Of a stretch of DNA of 52,513 nt, positions 1 through 7,704 are shown piece by piece. Under the pieces are notes generated by a model. That model ran no database searches and was not told the origin of the DNA. It was given only the letters and a program-made list of their open reading frames with translations. Origin of the DNA: a virus (taxonomy: Duplodnaviria; Caudoviricetes). The stretch covers positions 1-52,513 of the IMG/VR virus record IMGVR_UViG_3300031565_000048; one strand, given 5' to 3'. Position 1 is the first letter of the stretch. Every line of letters starts with the position of its first letter. A program made the translations under genes and the position numbers.

Positions 1-127
1 GATTCGTTGACTGCCTGAGTTAGATTCCAATCATATTCTGTGAAAATGTCGATTATGTTCTGGTGCCTTTGTTGCATTAACCATTTCTTGAACTGTTTTC
101 TGCCTTCTTCTTGTCCTCTAGTTTGGT
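1..127. repeat. Terminal overlap, copy 1 (identical to 52387-52513)
   Basis: Exact 127-nt match to the last 127 nt. Typical of the assembly overlap on a circular contig. Confidence 0.95.
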
Positions 128-236
128 AAATCTCATAACCACCAGAATATCCCCAAGTTTCCCATAGAGGGTAATGCCATAGGCATACGCCCTCGGCATA
201 TTCTGGGTGATCACAGTATTCTATTGAACATTTCAT
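1..236 (-). CDS. Small hypothetical cassette protein spanning the circular junction (continues 52386..52347)
   Basis: ATG at 236 overlaps the upstream stop. Reads MKCSIEYCDHPEY...NESMDSDIKRTMKNE* across the join. Not in the ORF track. Confidence 0.75.
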   Translation of the reverse strand, partial: MKCSIEYCDHPEYAEGVCLWHYPLWETWGYSGGYEIYQTRGQEEGRKQFKKWLMQQRHQNIIDIFTEYDWNLTQAVNE

Positions 237-478
237 TGTGTTCGTTCTCCTTTAGAGTTGACGGATTTGATCACGCTCGCAGCCAACTCTTTGAACTCTT
301 TAAGATAATATTGGGCTGATCTTCGGTGGATCCCAAACTTTTCGGCGATTTCAAGGCTGGTGGGGGTGTTTTCAGCTATATAGAGCATGATTAGTCCCCA
401 CTGTTCATGATGTAGATCATTCTTCCATATTTCATGGATTTTACCGCAGTTAGTACAAAAAAAATATTGGGGGTTCAT
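233..478 (-). CDS. Small Zn-ribbon/HTH protein
   Basis: CxxC followed by HTH-like EIAEKFGIHRRSAQYYL. Confidence 0.65.
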   Translation of the reverse strand: MNPQYFFCTNCGKIHEIWKNDLHHEQWGLIMLYIAENTPTSLEIAEKFGIHRRSAQYYLKEFKELAASVIKSVNSKGERTQ

Positions 479-482
479 AGTA

Positions 483-827
483 TCACCAGATTGGCTTCTC
501 TGTGTAGCTCTTGTCTTTGTCGTGGCGATGGTTACGGAATGCTTCTATGAGTTCGTTTTGTCTAGCGATTATGCGTATTAGTTCCTCTCGTAAATCGGTG
601 TTTAAAGCAGTTACAAGGTTTCCAGATAGGCGATATATTAAGACGTTCTCTGCCTTATTGACTGGCTTCCAGTCTACTTTTTCGCCTTCCTTCGCCAGTT
701 GTGCCTTGTCGATTATCTCAAGAAGTTCTATGCTGGTCTTGTTTTCGTATTCTTCGTCTAGGCTCTCATGGTCGTATATTTTTAGCAGCACTTCGTTTCT
801 AGGCGGTTCTACTTTTTTCATGTTCAT
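483..827 (-). CDS. Hypothetical protein
   Basis: 114-aa ORF coupled to its neighbours. Confidence 0.65.
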   Translation of the reverse strand: MNMKKVEPPRNEVLLKIYDHESLDEEYENKTSIELLEIIDKAQLAKEGEKVDWKPVNKAENVLIYRLSGNLVTALNTDLREELIRIIARQNELIEAFRNHRHDKDKSYTEKPIW

Positions 828-1336
828 GTTTTTTCCTCTTTTTCCCTTCCGCTTGAGGCGGGGACGGGTTGTGTGTCTGCTTCTCCAGTGTCGGGATGCT
901 CCGCAGACTCGCTTCTTAAAACACTGGTTTTCCTAAGTTGCTGGGATGCTATGGACATCATGACTGTCATGGCCTCATCGAGTTCACCGTCTTCTATCAA
1001 TTCGATTGCCTCAGTTGGGTAATACTGAAAAAGGTAGGCCCACCGTTCTATCCAGCCTGGGTGCATTTTCTCGTAAAGTTCCTCATATTCGTGTGAAGAG
1101 TAGCCGCCCTCAGCCTCCGCCTCATCTGGTAGTATCATCCACCATTGAGGCCGCCCTATCTTTACCTCTAGGCGTTTAGCGGTTATCAAGATTCTACCGT
1201 TTGGGATGCCCTTGCAGGTTCGGCATGGCTGAACCGCGTAGAGCTTACCTACCTCGTATCTGTCTGAGATCCGCCGCGTCTGTGTCTTGGTTCCCGCCTT
1301 GATCTGCTCTATGTGGTCGCCCTCTGAGAAGATTAT
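824..1336 (-). CDS. ASCH-domain protein, probable ATA start
   Basis: The frame is open upstream of TTG 1189 to ATA 1336 and adds the ASCH motif IKAGTKTQTRR. The C-terminal part has EAEAEGG. AGGAGG lies 8 nt upstream. Confidence 0.7.
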   Translation of the reverse strand: MIFSEGDHIEQIKAGTKTQTRRISDRYEVGKLYAVQPCRTCKGIPNGRILITAKRLEVKIGRPQWWMILPDEAEAEGGYSSHEYEELYEKMHPGWIERWAYLFQYYPTEAIELIEDGELDEAMTVMMSIASQQLRKTSVLRSESAEHPDTGEADTQPVPASSGREKEEKT

Positions 1337-1965
1337 TCGGTGTCCCTCCTGAGTTCAGCGTATTCGATGGGCTGAATGTTTTTGTTGAAGAATGCCCTTA
1401 TGCAGCCTTTGTGGTCTGATTGGTTTTCCCAATACTCGTAACAATCAACGCAGAGTTCAAGGTAGTCGCCATGTTCTTCGCAGCATTGAGGGTGATCTGG
1501 GGCTTGTATCTCATCGGCCCATGTTATTGGGTCGCCGCAGATGGCACAATTTGAGTCTGTGTAAACTTCCTCTGGATCTGGCTCCCATAGGAACTCGCCG
1601 CCGTATTTTTCTCTTTGTTCGAATAGGGTTAATTTGATGGAGGGAAGATACCAGGCTTTACCTATCAAGACTAGGAGAGGCAGCATTGCATATTCTAGGC
1701 GTTTCCACTTCCTACGCTTTTTCTCTCGATTATGATAGGTTTTCCACTTCTGTTCGTTGTCGTATTGGCATTCATCACAGCCATACCCGGTTTTGAAGAA
1801 ACTCGGTGAACCACATACAGGGCAGTGGAAGGTTCCCCAATCTCTCTGTCCCTTGATGGGAATGGGAAGCCAAGACCAGAACTTGATCATCGGGGCAGGG
1901 ATATGACCGTGAGGGGTTCTCACAAGGTCATAATAATTCGCGTTTTTAGGCTGTGCAAACTTCAT
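1333..1965 (-). CDS. Cys-rich (multiple CxxC) hypothetical protein
   Basis: Probable start MKFAQP at 1965 (TAATG overlap). Several CxxC pairs. Confidence 0.65.
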   Translation of the reverse strand: MKFAQPKNANYYDLVRTPHGHIPAPMIKFWSWLPIPIKGQRDWGTFHCPVCGSPSFFKTGYGCDECQYDNEQKWKTYHNREKKRRKWKRLEYAMLPLLVLIGKAWYLPSIKLTLFEQREKYGGEFLWEPDPEEVYTDSNCAICGDPITWADEIQAPDHPQCCEEHGDYLELCVDCYEYWENQSDHKGCIRAFFNKNIQPIEYAELRRDTE

Positions 1966-2678
1966 TATTCGGGCCTCCTTAGTTCGGCGCAGCAAATGGA
2001 CTCTACGTTTTCTTTTAGAATGTACTCGAACCATGTTTTATCCAGCCAATTTGTTAATTGACAGATTTTTTCATCTGTGGGTCTTGTGGTGTGGCTTGTG
2101 TAGTTCTCTAGACCTATTTCTATGGCCTCTGGCTGTATCGACATGATCCATGAAGCAAGTTCCCCAAAGTCGAAGTCTGAAAGTGGCTCCAAACTGAGAA
2201 AAGTTTTGAATCCGTTTAGCTTCATCTGTGAGAGACAATAGGCTCTTTCATGTGTACTTGGGGCCTTTGTCCAAGGGGTTAATCTATTTGTCTCAATGGT
2301 GGTACCTAGAATCACCTTTTCCTTCACTGCATCTAGGTCAAGATCTTTATCAAGGAAGCGACGGGGGTTCTTGGATTGTAGTAGGAACTTGTTGTTTGAA
2401 TTGTCTCTAAGTATGGTTAGTATTAGTTGGTATAGCCAAGAGTCGGGTACTTCATCACAGAACACATCACCCATGCTTCCGACGAATATCCAGGATTCAT
2501 CGTTTGGCATTGGGTCTTCTAGGAATTTTTCTCGGAACTGTGGGTGAAACTCTTTTCCCCATCTCTCAGTGAGTGCCCTAGCCCAGCAGTATTTACAATC
2601 GTGAGTGCAGCCCCATATTGGGTTCCATGTCCAGCCCACGGACTTGAACATGCGTCCTTTAGCTTTATTGAGTGTCAT
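1965..2678 (-). CDS. Phage Gp37/Gp68 (DUF5131)-like radical-SAM protein
   Basis: TWNPIWGCxxxCxYCWA, FVGSMGD and FLSLEPL motifs. Confidence 0.85.
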   Translation of the reverse strand: MTLNKAKGRMFKSVGWTWNPIWGCTHDCKYCWARALTERWGKEFHPQFREKFLEDPMPNDESWIFVGSMGDVFCDEVPDSWLYQLILTILRDNSNNKFLLQSKNPRRFLDKDLDLDAVKEKVILGTTIETNRLTPWTKAPSTHERAYCLSQMKLNGFKTFLSLEPLSDFDFGELASWIMSIQPEAIEIGLENYTSHTTRPTDEKICQLTNWLDKTWFEYILKENVESICCAELRRPE

Positions 2679-2830
2679 GTCCTATCGCCACCGTTCTTAA
2701 TGGATTCCTCTGACGTATGAGCCTCTGGGTGTATGCATTCTTTAGCGATGCAAAGAACACCCCATTTTAGTTCTCTCAATGCCCAGCAGTTTACCTTCTT
2801 ACAATCTTCGATTTTCACTGTCCTTGACAT
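2675..2830 (-). CDS. Small Cys-containing cassette protein
   Basis: Probable start MSRTVK at 2830, just after the upstream stop. Confidence 0.55.
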   Translation of the reverse strand: MSRTVKIEDCKKVNCWALRELKWGVLCIAKECIHPEAHTSEESIKNGGDRT

Positions 2831-2834
2831 AGTA

Positions 2835-3029
2835 TCACGTCCTCTTTTCTTGATTCTTAATGGATTTACGTTTCTCCAAGTAACCATTAACTAGCTTAAC
2901 GAGTTTTTCTTGAAATTCCTCATCATGTTCTCTACAAAGAAGGACGCCTGGTTGTCTTAGTCGTTTTACCCCGAACATAGTTATTGTATTATATGCTGGG
3001 TTGTCACAAAAGTCACAGGTAGCCACCAT
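2835..3029 (-). CDS. Small Zn-binding cassette protein
   Basis: CxxC...CxxH, TAATG coupling. Confidence 0.6.
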   Translation of the reverse strand: MVATCDFCDNPAYNTITMFGVKRLRQPGVLLCREHDEEFQEKLVKLVNGYLEKRKSIKNQEKRT

Positions 3030-3202
3030 TATGTCCTTACCCCCGTGTATCTAATGGATTTGTCAACATGTCTTTCCATCCAACAGGCTCGGCAGACCCA
3101 CTTTATCAGAGGACGATCCTCATCTAACTGGTTAGGGCAACTCGGCACATAGTCGAGTGGATCTCCGCAGTAATAGCAGACTTTAGGTATATCTTCATCC
3201 AA
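3029..3202 (-). CDS. Small Zn-finger cassette protein (57 aa)
   Basis: TTG start after GGAGG. Reads MDEDIPKVCYYCGD...VCRACW...KSIRYTGVRT*. Below the ORF track cutoff. Confidence 0.6.
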   Translation of the reverse strand: MDEDIPKVCYYCGDPLDYVPSCPNQLDEDRPLIKWVCRACWMERHVDKSIRYTGVRT

Positions 3203-3515
3203 CGATCTTTACCTCCTGTTTATTCTCTGGAGTGGAGATAATGGACATCAGTATCTCATGGTATTTCTGGAAGTGTTCTAAGGCGTCCATTTCGTCCATG
3301 TTATCATGATCGTAATTATTGTCACATTCAAGGATAGTTTTCTTGAGTTCTGCAACCAGATTCCATAGGCGTTGTCTTTCAAGTCTCTCAACTATGTACT
3401 CATATCGTAGTACGGATTTTTTCTCTGATGGGAGTGCTTTGAATGTCTCTCTAGCTTGATCTATTATTTCATTGGGGAATACCATTTCAGATAATATTTT
3501 TTCTTTTAGACTCAT
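3195..3515 (-). CDS. Hypothetical cassette protein
   Basis: 106-aa ORF with RBS. Confidence 0.65.
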   Translation of the reverse strand: MSLKEKILSEMVFPNEIIDQARETFKALPSEKKSVLRYEYIVERLERQRLWNLVAELKKTILECDNNYDHDNMDEMDALEHFQKYHEILMSIISTPENKQEVKIVG

Positions 3516-3552
3516 TGTTCTCCATCCGTCCTCTTGGCGTTGGGGTTAATGG

Positions 3553-3771
3553 TCATTCTGGATCGTACTCCCTACCTTCGAGGATGCATTCAAGTTCGTA
3601 TCGCTTCTCGATGAAGGTTTCAGGGCTCATTGAGTAACCTAGACCATTTAACCAGATCTTGACCTTCTGGATTATTCCTTCTAAGTTCTTAATGTATTCA
3701 TGAATCTCTGTCTTGACGAGGTTTCCTTCCTCGTCGCAGACTAGATCCAGTATCGAAAAGGGTTTTTTCAT
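3553..3771 (-). CDS. Hypothetical cassette protein
   Basis: 72-aa ORF between the sites at 3529 and 3785. Confidence 0.6.
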   Translation of the reverse strand: MKKPFSILDLVCDEEGNLVKTEIHEYIKNLEGIIQKVKIWLNGLGYSMSPETFIEKRYELECILEGREYDPE

Positions 3772-4187
3772 TGTGTTTCCTCCGTCCTCTTGGCATGGGT
3801 AACAATGGATAATTCGGTGATTTTCTGGTTGTAATCTGCCATTATTTTTCGTTCCAGAAAATTCAACTCTGAGGAACTTCGTGTTAATTCTGGTGTAGTG
3901 TTTGGGTATAGTTTTTCAAATTGTTGTCTTTCCTTATTTTTCTCGATAAGTTCATCTAGGGCCGCTTGATATTTTTTGATCTGGTATTTCGGGTCTAAGA
4001 TCTGTGATTTCTGTTCTTTTGAGGCAAACCCGCATGGCTCATATACATCTATGCTAAACATGGCTGGGTTCAAGTATGTGCTCTCTATTTTTCCGCACCT
4101 TCGACAGATGCGGCGATCACAATCAAATGTACCGAACTCATCATAGTAGAACCAGGCGTGGAAGCCTAGCAAACAACGTAGGTTCAT
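3768..4187 (-). CDS. Hypothetical cassette protein with DUF1660-like N-terminus
   Basis: N-terminal CxxxxH...RICRRCG. Flanked by sites with an identical core. Confidence 0.6.
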   Translation of the reverse strand: MNLRCLLGFHAWFYYDEFGTFDCDRRICRRCGKIESTYLNPAMFSIDVYEPCGFASKEQKSQILDPKYQIKKYQAALDELIEKNKERQQFEKLYPNTTPELTRSSSELNFLERKIMADYNQKITELSIVTHAKRTEETQ

Positions 4188-4375
4188 TCTGTTGTCCTCC
4201 TTTCATGGGTGTTAATGGATTGACGTTTTTTCCACTCAATTTCAATGGGGCATTTTGGTTTTCGGATGCAGTTTAAACAATTATGGTAATCATCGCAGGG
4301 GAGATGTGGTTTCCCTAATTCTATCCATAGTTTTTCCTTTAGTAGATCTTCCTTAAAGCGGGATATTTTTTCCAT
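4184..4375 (-). CDS. Small Cys-rich cassette protein
   Basis: 63-aa ORF. Confidence 0.6.
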   Translation of the reverse strand: MEKISRFKEDLLKEKLWIELGKPHLPCDDYHNCLNCIRKPKCPIEIEWKKRQSINTHERRTTE

Positions 4376-4379
4376 CTTC

Positions 4380-4583
4380 TCATGTCCTCCTTTCAGATGT
4401 GTTTTGGGTCGTGGTGAAGATGCTCACCAGGATATGATAGTCGCCCTTTTCGGTGGGTAGCGGTGTGCTTACGCTACAGCCGGGGGCAAACTCGTTTCTG
4501 ATGCGGTCCCCGATTATCTGTAGTGTTTGGGGGTCGTCACCGTAGAACTTGCCTTTCACTTTTTCCTTCATTTTCGTTTTCAT
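4380..4583 (-). CDS. Hypothetical protein
   Basis: 67-aa ORF ending in the site at 4385. Confidence 0.55.
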   Translation of the reverse strand: MKTKMKEKVKGKFYGDDPQTLQIIGDRIRNEFAPGCSVSTPLPTEKGDYHILVSIFTTTQNTSERRT

Positions 4584-4634
4584 CTTCTTTGACTACTTTA
4601 TGTATGATGACAACCAAGTTAAGTTTAGCCATCT

Positions 4635-4841
4635 TCACCACCTCGAATGGATCTCGCCCCATGTGGAGGGCTCCTCAGGGATCAGGACGCTCGCCTTAGT
4701 GGTCTCGACTCCGCCGCCTATCCCGCTGCAGTCGTTGAAGGCCCTGCAACCCATGCAGTTGGAGGCCATGTACTTCTCGCCCAGCTCGTACATCTCGCCG
4801 ATACAGGAGGGGTATTTCTGGTTAGCCGTCTTCGTCACCAC
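4635..4841 (-). CDS. Small Cys-rich protein, first gene behind the array promoter
   Basis: GTG start about 22 nt downstream of a TATA box. Confidence 0.55.
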   Translation of the reverse strand: MVTKTANQKYPSCIGEMYELGEKYMASNCMGCRAFNDCSGIGGGVETTKASVLIPEEPSTWGEIHSRW

Positions 4842-4872
4842 AGTGAAGTACGGGTAATAAATATATAAAACT
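4831..4872 (-). promoter_or_regulatory. Archaeal TATA promoter with TTACCCGTAC box, heading the cassette array
   Basis: Minus strand reads AGTTTTATATATTTATTACCCGTACTTCACTGTGGTGACGAA. Related copies at 13766-13803 and 15130-15167. Confidence 0.7.
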
Positions 4873-4927
4873 TTGGGTGATCTGTTTTGAGGTGAAATCT
4901 CTTTATACTCCTAACCCAGATAGGTAC

Positions 4928-4983
4928 TGACGGAGGGGTAACTACCTTTATCTTGGTCGTTTCGTCACCACCCCCTACCGTCA
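4928..4983 (+). ncRNA. Candidate small hairpin RNA
   Basis: TTTATA at 4902-4907 lies about 21 nt upstream. Stem TGACGG-AGGGG / CCCCT-A-CCGTCA. The loop is complementary to early mRNA starts. Confidence 0.35.
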
Positions 4984-4985
4984 AC

Positions 4986-5006
4986 TTTAGAAAAAAGAGG
5001 GGGGTG
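4986..5006 (-). terminator. Putative oligo-T terminator
   Basis: CACCCCCCTCTTTTTTCT directly after the stop at 5007. Confidence 0.4.
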
Positions 5007-5837
5007 TTATTCCCTTGAAAATGTGTAGATGGGGATGTCTGGTCCTAGAACTGCTGCGATTCGTTGACTGTTTTTCATTAGGGCGAATACAATGGCGCCT
5101 GTTTCACCTAATAGCTGTTCTCCATTGGTTTGGTTTATTATTGGCTCTGGGATGCCTACGTCAAGTAACCTAGAGTTTTTTCTTGTAGCTTCGGTGAAAT
5201 ATTTTTGTGCAATAGAGGTTTCGGAGAAAAGGGTGTCGTAACCTATGTTAAACCTTTCATCTGTTTTACCGATTATTTTATGTGTTTTCAAGACTGATCT
5301 TGGTCGATATGAGGCCCTTACCTTTTTACTCCATAGCCCCATTTGTTGTAGCAGGTGTCTTGTTTCGTAGTAGGGGTTCATTACGCCTGTAAACCCCGCG
5401 CTCCTTCCGAGGGTCTTATGTGCGTTAAGGGTTCTCACTATGCTATCCAATGTGTCAAAGTTTTCATGTGATATGAGAGGCTTCGTGACGAGGGCTAATG
5501 ATTTTACTGTCCAGGTGTTGACATCTGGGTTGTGTTCGGTGGCTTGTTCAACAAGTTCTTTTCCAGTAATAGCTATATCAAGGGGTGAATCGGTTCCCGG
5601 TTCTTCTATGTCGGGTTTGAACATGTTTCTGTTGACGGTTGAAACGATGTCTGTTCCAGTTTTAACCGTTCTTCGTTTCATTTCCTCGGATGAGCTTGCT
5701 ATTGCGGTGGCTCCGACTATTTTAGCCTTTGGCATGATGTCTGGGATGTGTTCTAGGGCGCGTATGAAGTTAAACTCTCTTGGGATGATAGAGGGGTATG
5801 ATGGAATCCTTTTGTTTAGGGCTTCAAGGTAGCTCAT
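5007..5837 (-). CDS. Hypothetical protein (276 aa) coupled to the ParB-like gene
   Basis: Long ORF with ATGA overlap. No family recognised. Confidence 0.7.
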   Translation of the reverse strand: MSYLEALNKRIPSYPSIIPREFNFIRALEHIPDIMPKAKIVGATAIASSSEEMKRRTVKTGTDIVSTVNRNMFKPDIEEPGTDSPLDIAITGKELVEQATEHNPDVNTWTVKSLALVTKPLISHENFDTLDSIVRTLNAHKTLGRSAGFTGVMNPYYETRHLLQQMGLWSKKVRASYRPRSVLKTHKIIGKTDERFNIGYDTLFSETSIAQKYFTEATRKNSRLLDVGIPEPIINQTNGEQLLGETGAIVFALMKNSQRIAAVLGPDIPIYTFSRE

Positions 5838-6718
5838 TGTACCGCCTCCTGTGCTATTCTCTGTGCTTCTGATAATGGGATCTCACCACATTTTTGGCAT
5901 CTTAGGATAGCCTCAGCTTCTCCGCCGCAGATGGGGCATACCAAATCCTTTGATGAGGCTAGTATGACGCTTAGTGATCGCCATGCCTTAAGTAGCCGTG
6001 ACTTGTCTCTCATCGCAGGCGAAGCTTTGAAGGTTTCACGCTCTTCCTCGGTTTCCTTGGCCCGCTCTCTTACCTCTCTCTTCGCGGTCCTCTCGATGGT
6101 TGGCTTATGGTAGCCCTGCCGATCCACTACAGTTACTCGTTTGGGTGACAGTACCTCAGGTGCTTTCTCGATTGCCTTCACGATGAAGTCAGGGTCTTTC
6201 AATGCTTTCTCTAGGACCTCGGTTTCATGGCGTTCAACATAGTCTGAGCCAAGTGCGGTTTCAATCCGCTGAGAAGCGGGAATCGTAGGTTTCTTTTTTT
6301 GCGCAAGTGATTCTTTTTCTGGTTGTTTAAACTCGTAGACAAGGTACTTGTTTACAGTCTGTTGTGTTAACGCTGTTACTTCCACAAGCTTCTCGACTAT
6401 TTCGTTTTTGAAAGGAAAACTACCTTTGATCTTTAGTCCTTGTTTTTGGTAGATTTTTGCCAGCCCGTTAATCCATTTTTCCTTTTCCGTTCTTGGAATC
6501 TCTCGTCTATGCCAGTTCGATATAGCCCTAGCCAACAACAGCTTCTCCTCAGAGTCGATGTGTTCAAGCGTCTCAGTCTTCCAGTCAGGATTATCCTCCA
6601 ACCTGTGAAAACCGTCAATCACCTGACCATCCTTAGCCACAAGAACCGGGTATAACTCACCCACGATCTTGGTAGACTCCTTACGATTGTATTCGCTCAT
6701 TTTTCCTCCTCTCCTCAT
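5834..6718 (-). CDS. ParB/Srx-like N-terminal domain protein with HTH and C-terminal Zn ribbon
   Basis: PVLV...VIDGFHRL, an HTH-like segment, and CPIC...CQKC. Likely start MSEYNR. Confidence 0.75.
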   Translation of the reverse strand: MRRGGKMSEYNRKESTKIVGELYPVLVAKDGQVIDGFHRLEDNPDWKTETLEHIDSEEKLLLARAISNWHRREIPRTEKEKWINGLAKIYQKQGLKIKGSFPFKNEIVEKLVEVTALTQQTVNKYLVYEFKQPEKESLAQKKKPTIPASQRIETALGSDYVERHETEVLEKALKDPDFIVKAIEKAPEVLSPKRVTVVDRQGYHKPTIERTAKREVRERAKETEEERETFKASPAMRDKSRLLKAWRSLSVILASSKDLVCPICGGEAEAILRCQKCGEIPLSEAQRIAQEAVQ

Positions 6719-6787
6719 TGATCTGTCGCAGGAGTCTAGTTGCCTCTATCAGAAATTCTTGGGGAAGTTCTTTCCGGGGAAATTCTT

Positions 6788-6928
6788 TCATGGCTCTCCC
6801 TCCTCGTTTTTCTTCCACCAGAAGGTTAGCAGTTTTTTGATAACTTCGTCAAATGTGTCTCCGGGTTCCTTTAACTGGTTTAGTGACATCCATGTTTCAT
6901 CTTCAATGGCTATTTGTCTTTTTGTCAT
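6788..6928 (-). CDS. Small RHH/antitoxin-like DNA-binding protein
   Basis: MTKRQIAIEDETWMSLNQLKEPGDTFDEVIKKLL. Below the ORF track cutoff. Confidence 0.6.
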   Translation of the reverse strand: MTKRQIAIEDETWMSLNQLKEPGDTFDEVIKKLLTFWWKKNEEGEP

Positions 6929-7156
6929 TGTAATTATATTCTAGGTTTTATCGTTATTAAGGTTTTGTATTTAAAAAGGGGCATATAAGCCTTATTTGAC
7001 TTTGTTGTAGACTCCGCTGAGCCGGTGGCCTGTCACATCTATGCCTGCCCCTCGTCAATTTCACCGAACAACATTTCACCAGTTACCCATACCTATTTGG
7101 TCTTAGAAAGTCATACCCGCCCATCGTCAAACTCCGGGCGGGACCAAGGTCTTGGG

Positions 7157-7354
7157 TCATTTAAACGTCATGTCGAGCACGGCGGCCCTGTTTATCCTCG
7201 TGATCTTGTACTGAGGCGCCACACGTGAGAACCTCACATAGATCACAGGGCACGTCGGGTTATTGCAGTTATACCTTCCGTTCGGGGTTTCCCTCTTTAG
7301 CCATTCACCGCAGTCAGGACACCTGTGATTATTATTGTAAGGCCGAGATTGCAC
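7157..7354 (-). CDS. Zn-ribbon protein
   Basis: CPDCG...CNNPTC. Confidence 0.55.
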   Translation of the reverse strand: MQSRPYNNNHRCPDCGEWLKRETPNGRYNCNNPTCPVIYVRFSRVAPQYKITRINRAAVLDMTFK

Positions 7355-7355
7355 A

Positions 7356-7670
7356 TTATCTCCCCCTATCTGGGTTGAAAGCCCAGGCGATGGCTTTTCG
7401 TCCTGTAACCAGGCATTCGCGTCGGCGGCTCTCTATGAGCACCGGATTATGTTTGAGAGGATTGTGTTTGCCTTCGCCACGTAGTTCGTAGACTCTGGGC
7501 GTAACTCGGTTGATGCTCCACCCCAACTCCTCGGCGAGCTCCATGTTTGTGAAATCAAGTATCGGGTTCTCTAGGAATATGTCGAGGACTTGTCCCTGTC
7601 TCTCACTGAGACTAGGAAGCACCTCCCCGAAGAAGACCTCCAGGCTAGTCGATTGCATGTTTGTAGTCAT
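7356..7670 (-). CDS. Winged-HTH protein
   Basis: ELAEELGWSINRVTPRVYEL...CLVTGRKA. Confidence 0.7.
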   Translation of the reverse strand: MTTNMQSTSLEVFFGEVLPSLSERQGQVLDIFLENPILDFTNMELAEELGWSINRVTPRVYELRGEGKHNPLKHNPVLIESRRRECLVTGRKAIAWAFNPDRGR

Positions 7671-7704
7671 TTCTGGTGTTCCTCCTTTGGTTCTCTCCTA
7701 CAGA

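Larger units (their letters stand above)
241..4409. repeat. Junction sites WCC-N19-GGW (putative cassette recombination sites), left part of the array
   Basis: 25-bp sites start at 241 (TTC variant), 1347 (GGG variant), 1976, 2680, 2840, 3034, 3529, 3785, 4195 and 4385. Each lies at the 3' end of a small ORF. Confidence 0.85.

Noticed and set aside
1-127. Biological direct terminal repeat
   Set aside because: 127 nt matches a common assembler k-mer length and it cuts through an ORF. It is best read as a circular overlap.
3211-3245. Site at the 3195-3202 junction
   Set aside because: It has the left arm TCCATTATC but no GGW at the 19-nt spacing. At most a decayed site.
241-4409. CRISPR array or classical attC sites
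   Set aside because: The repeats are degenerate and separated by whole genes. There is no long attC-like hairpin and no cas or intI gene.
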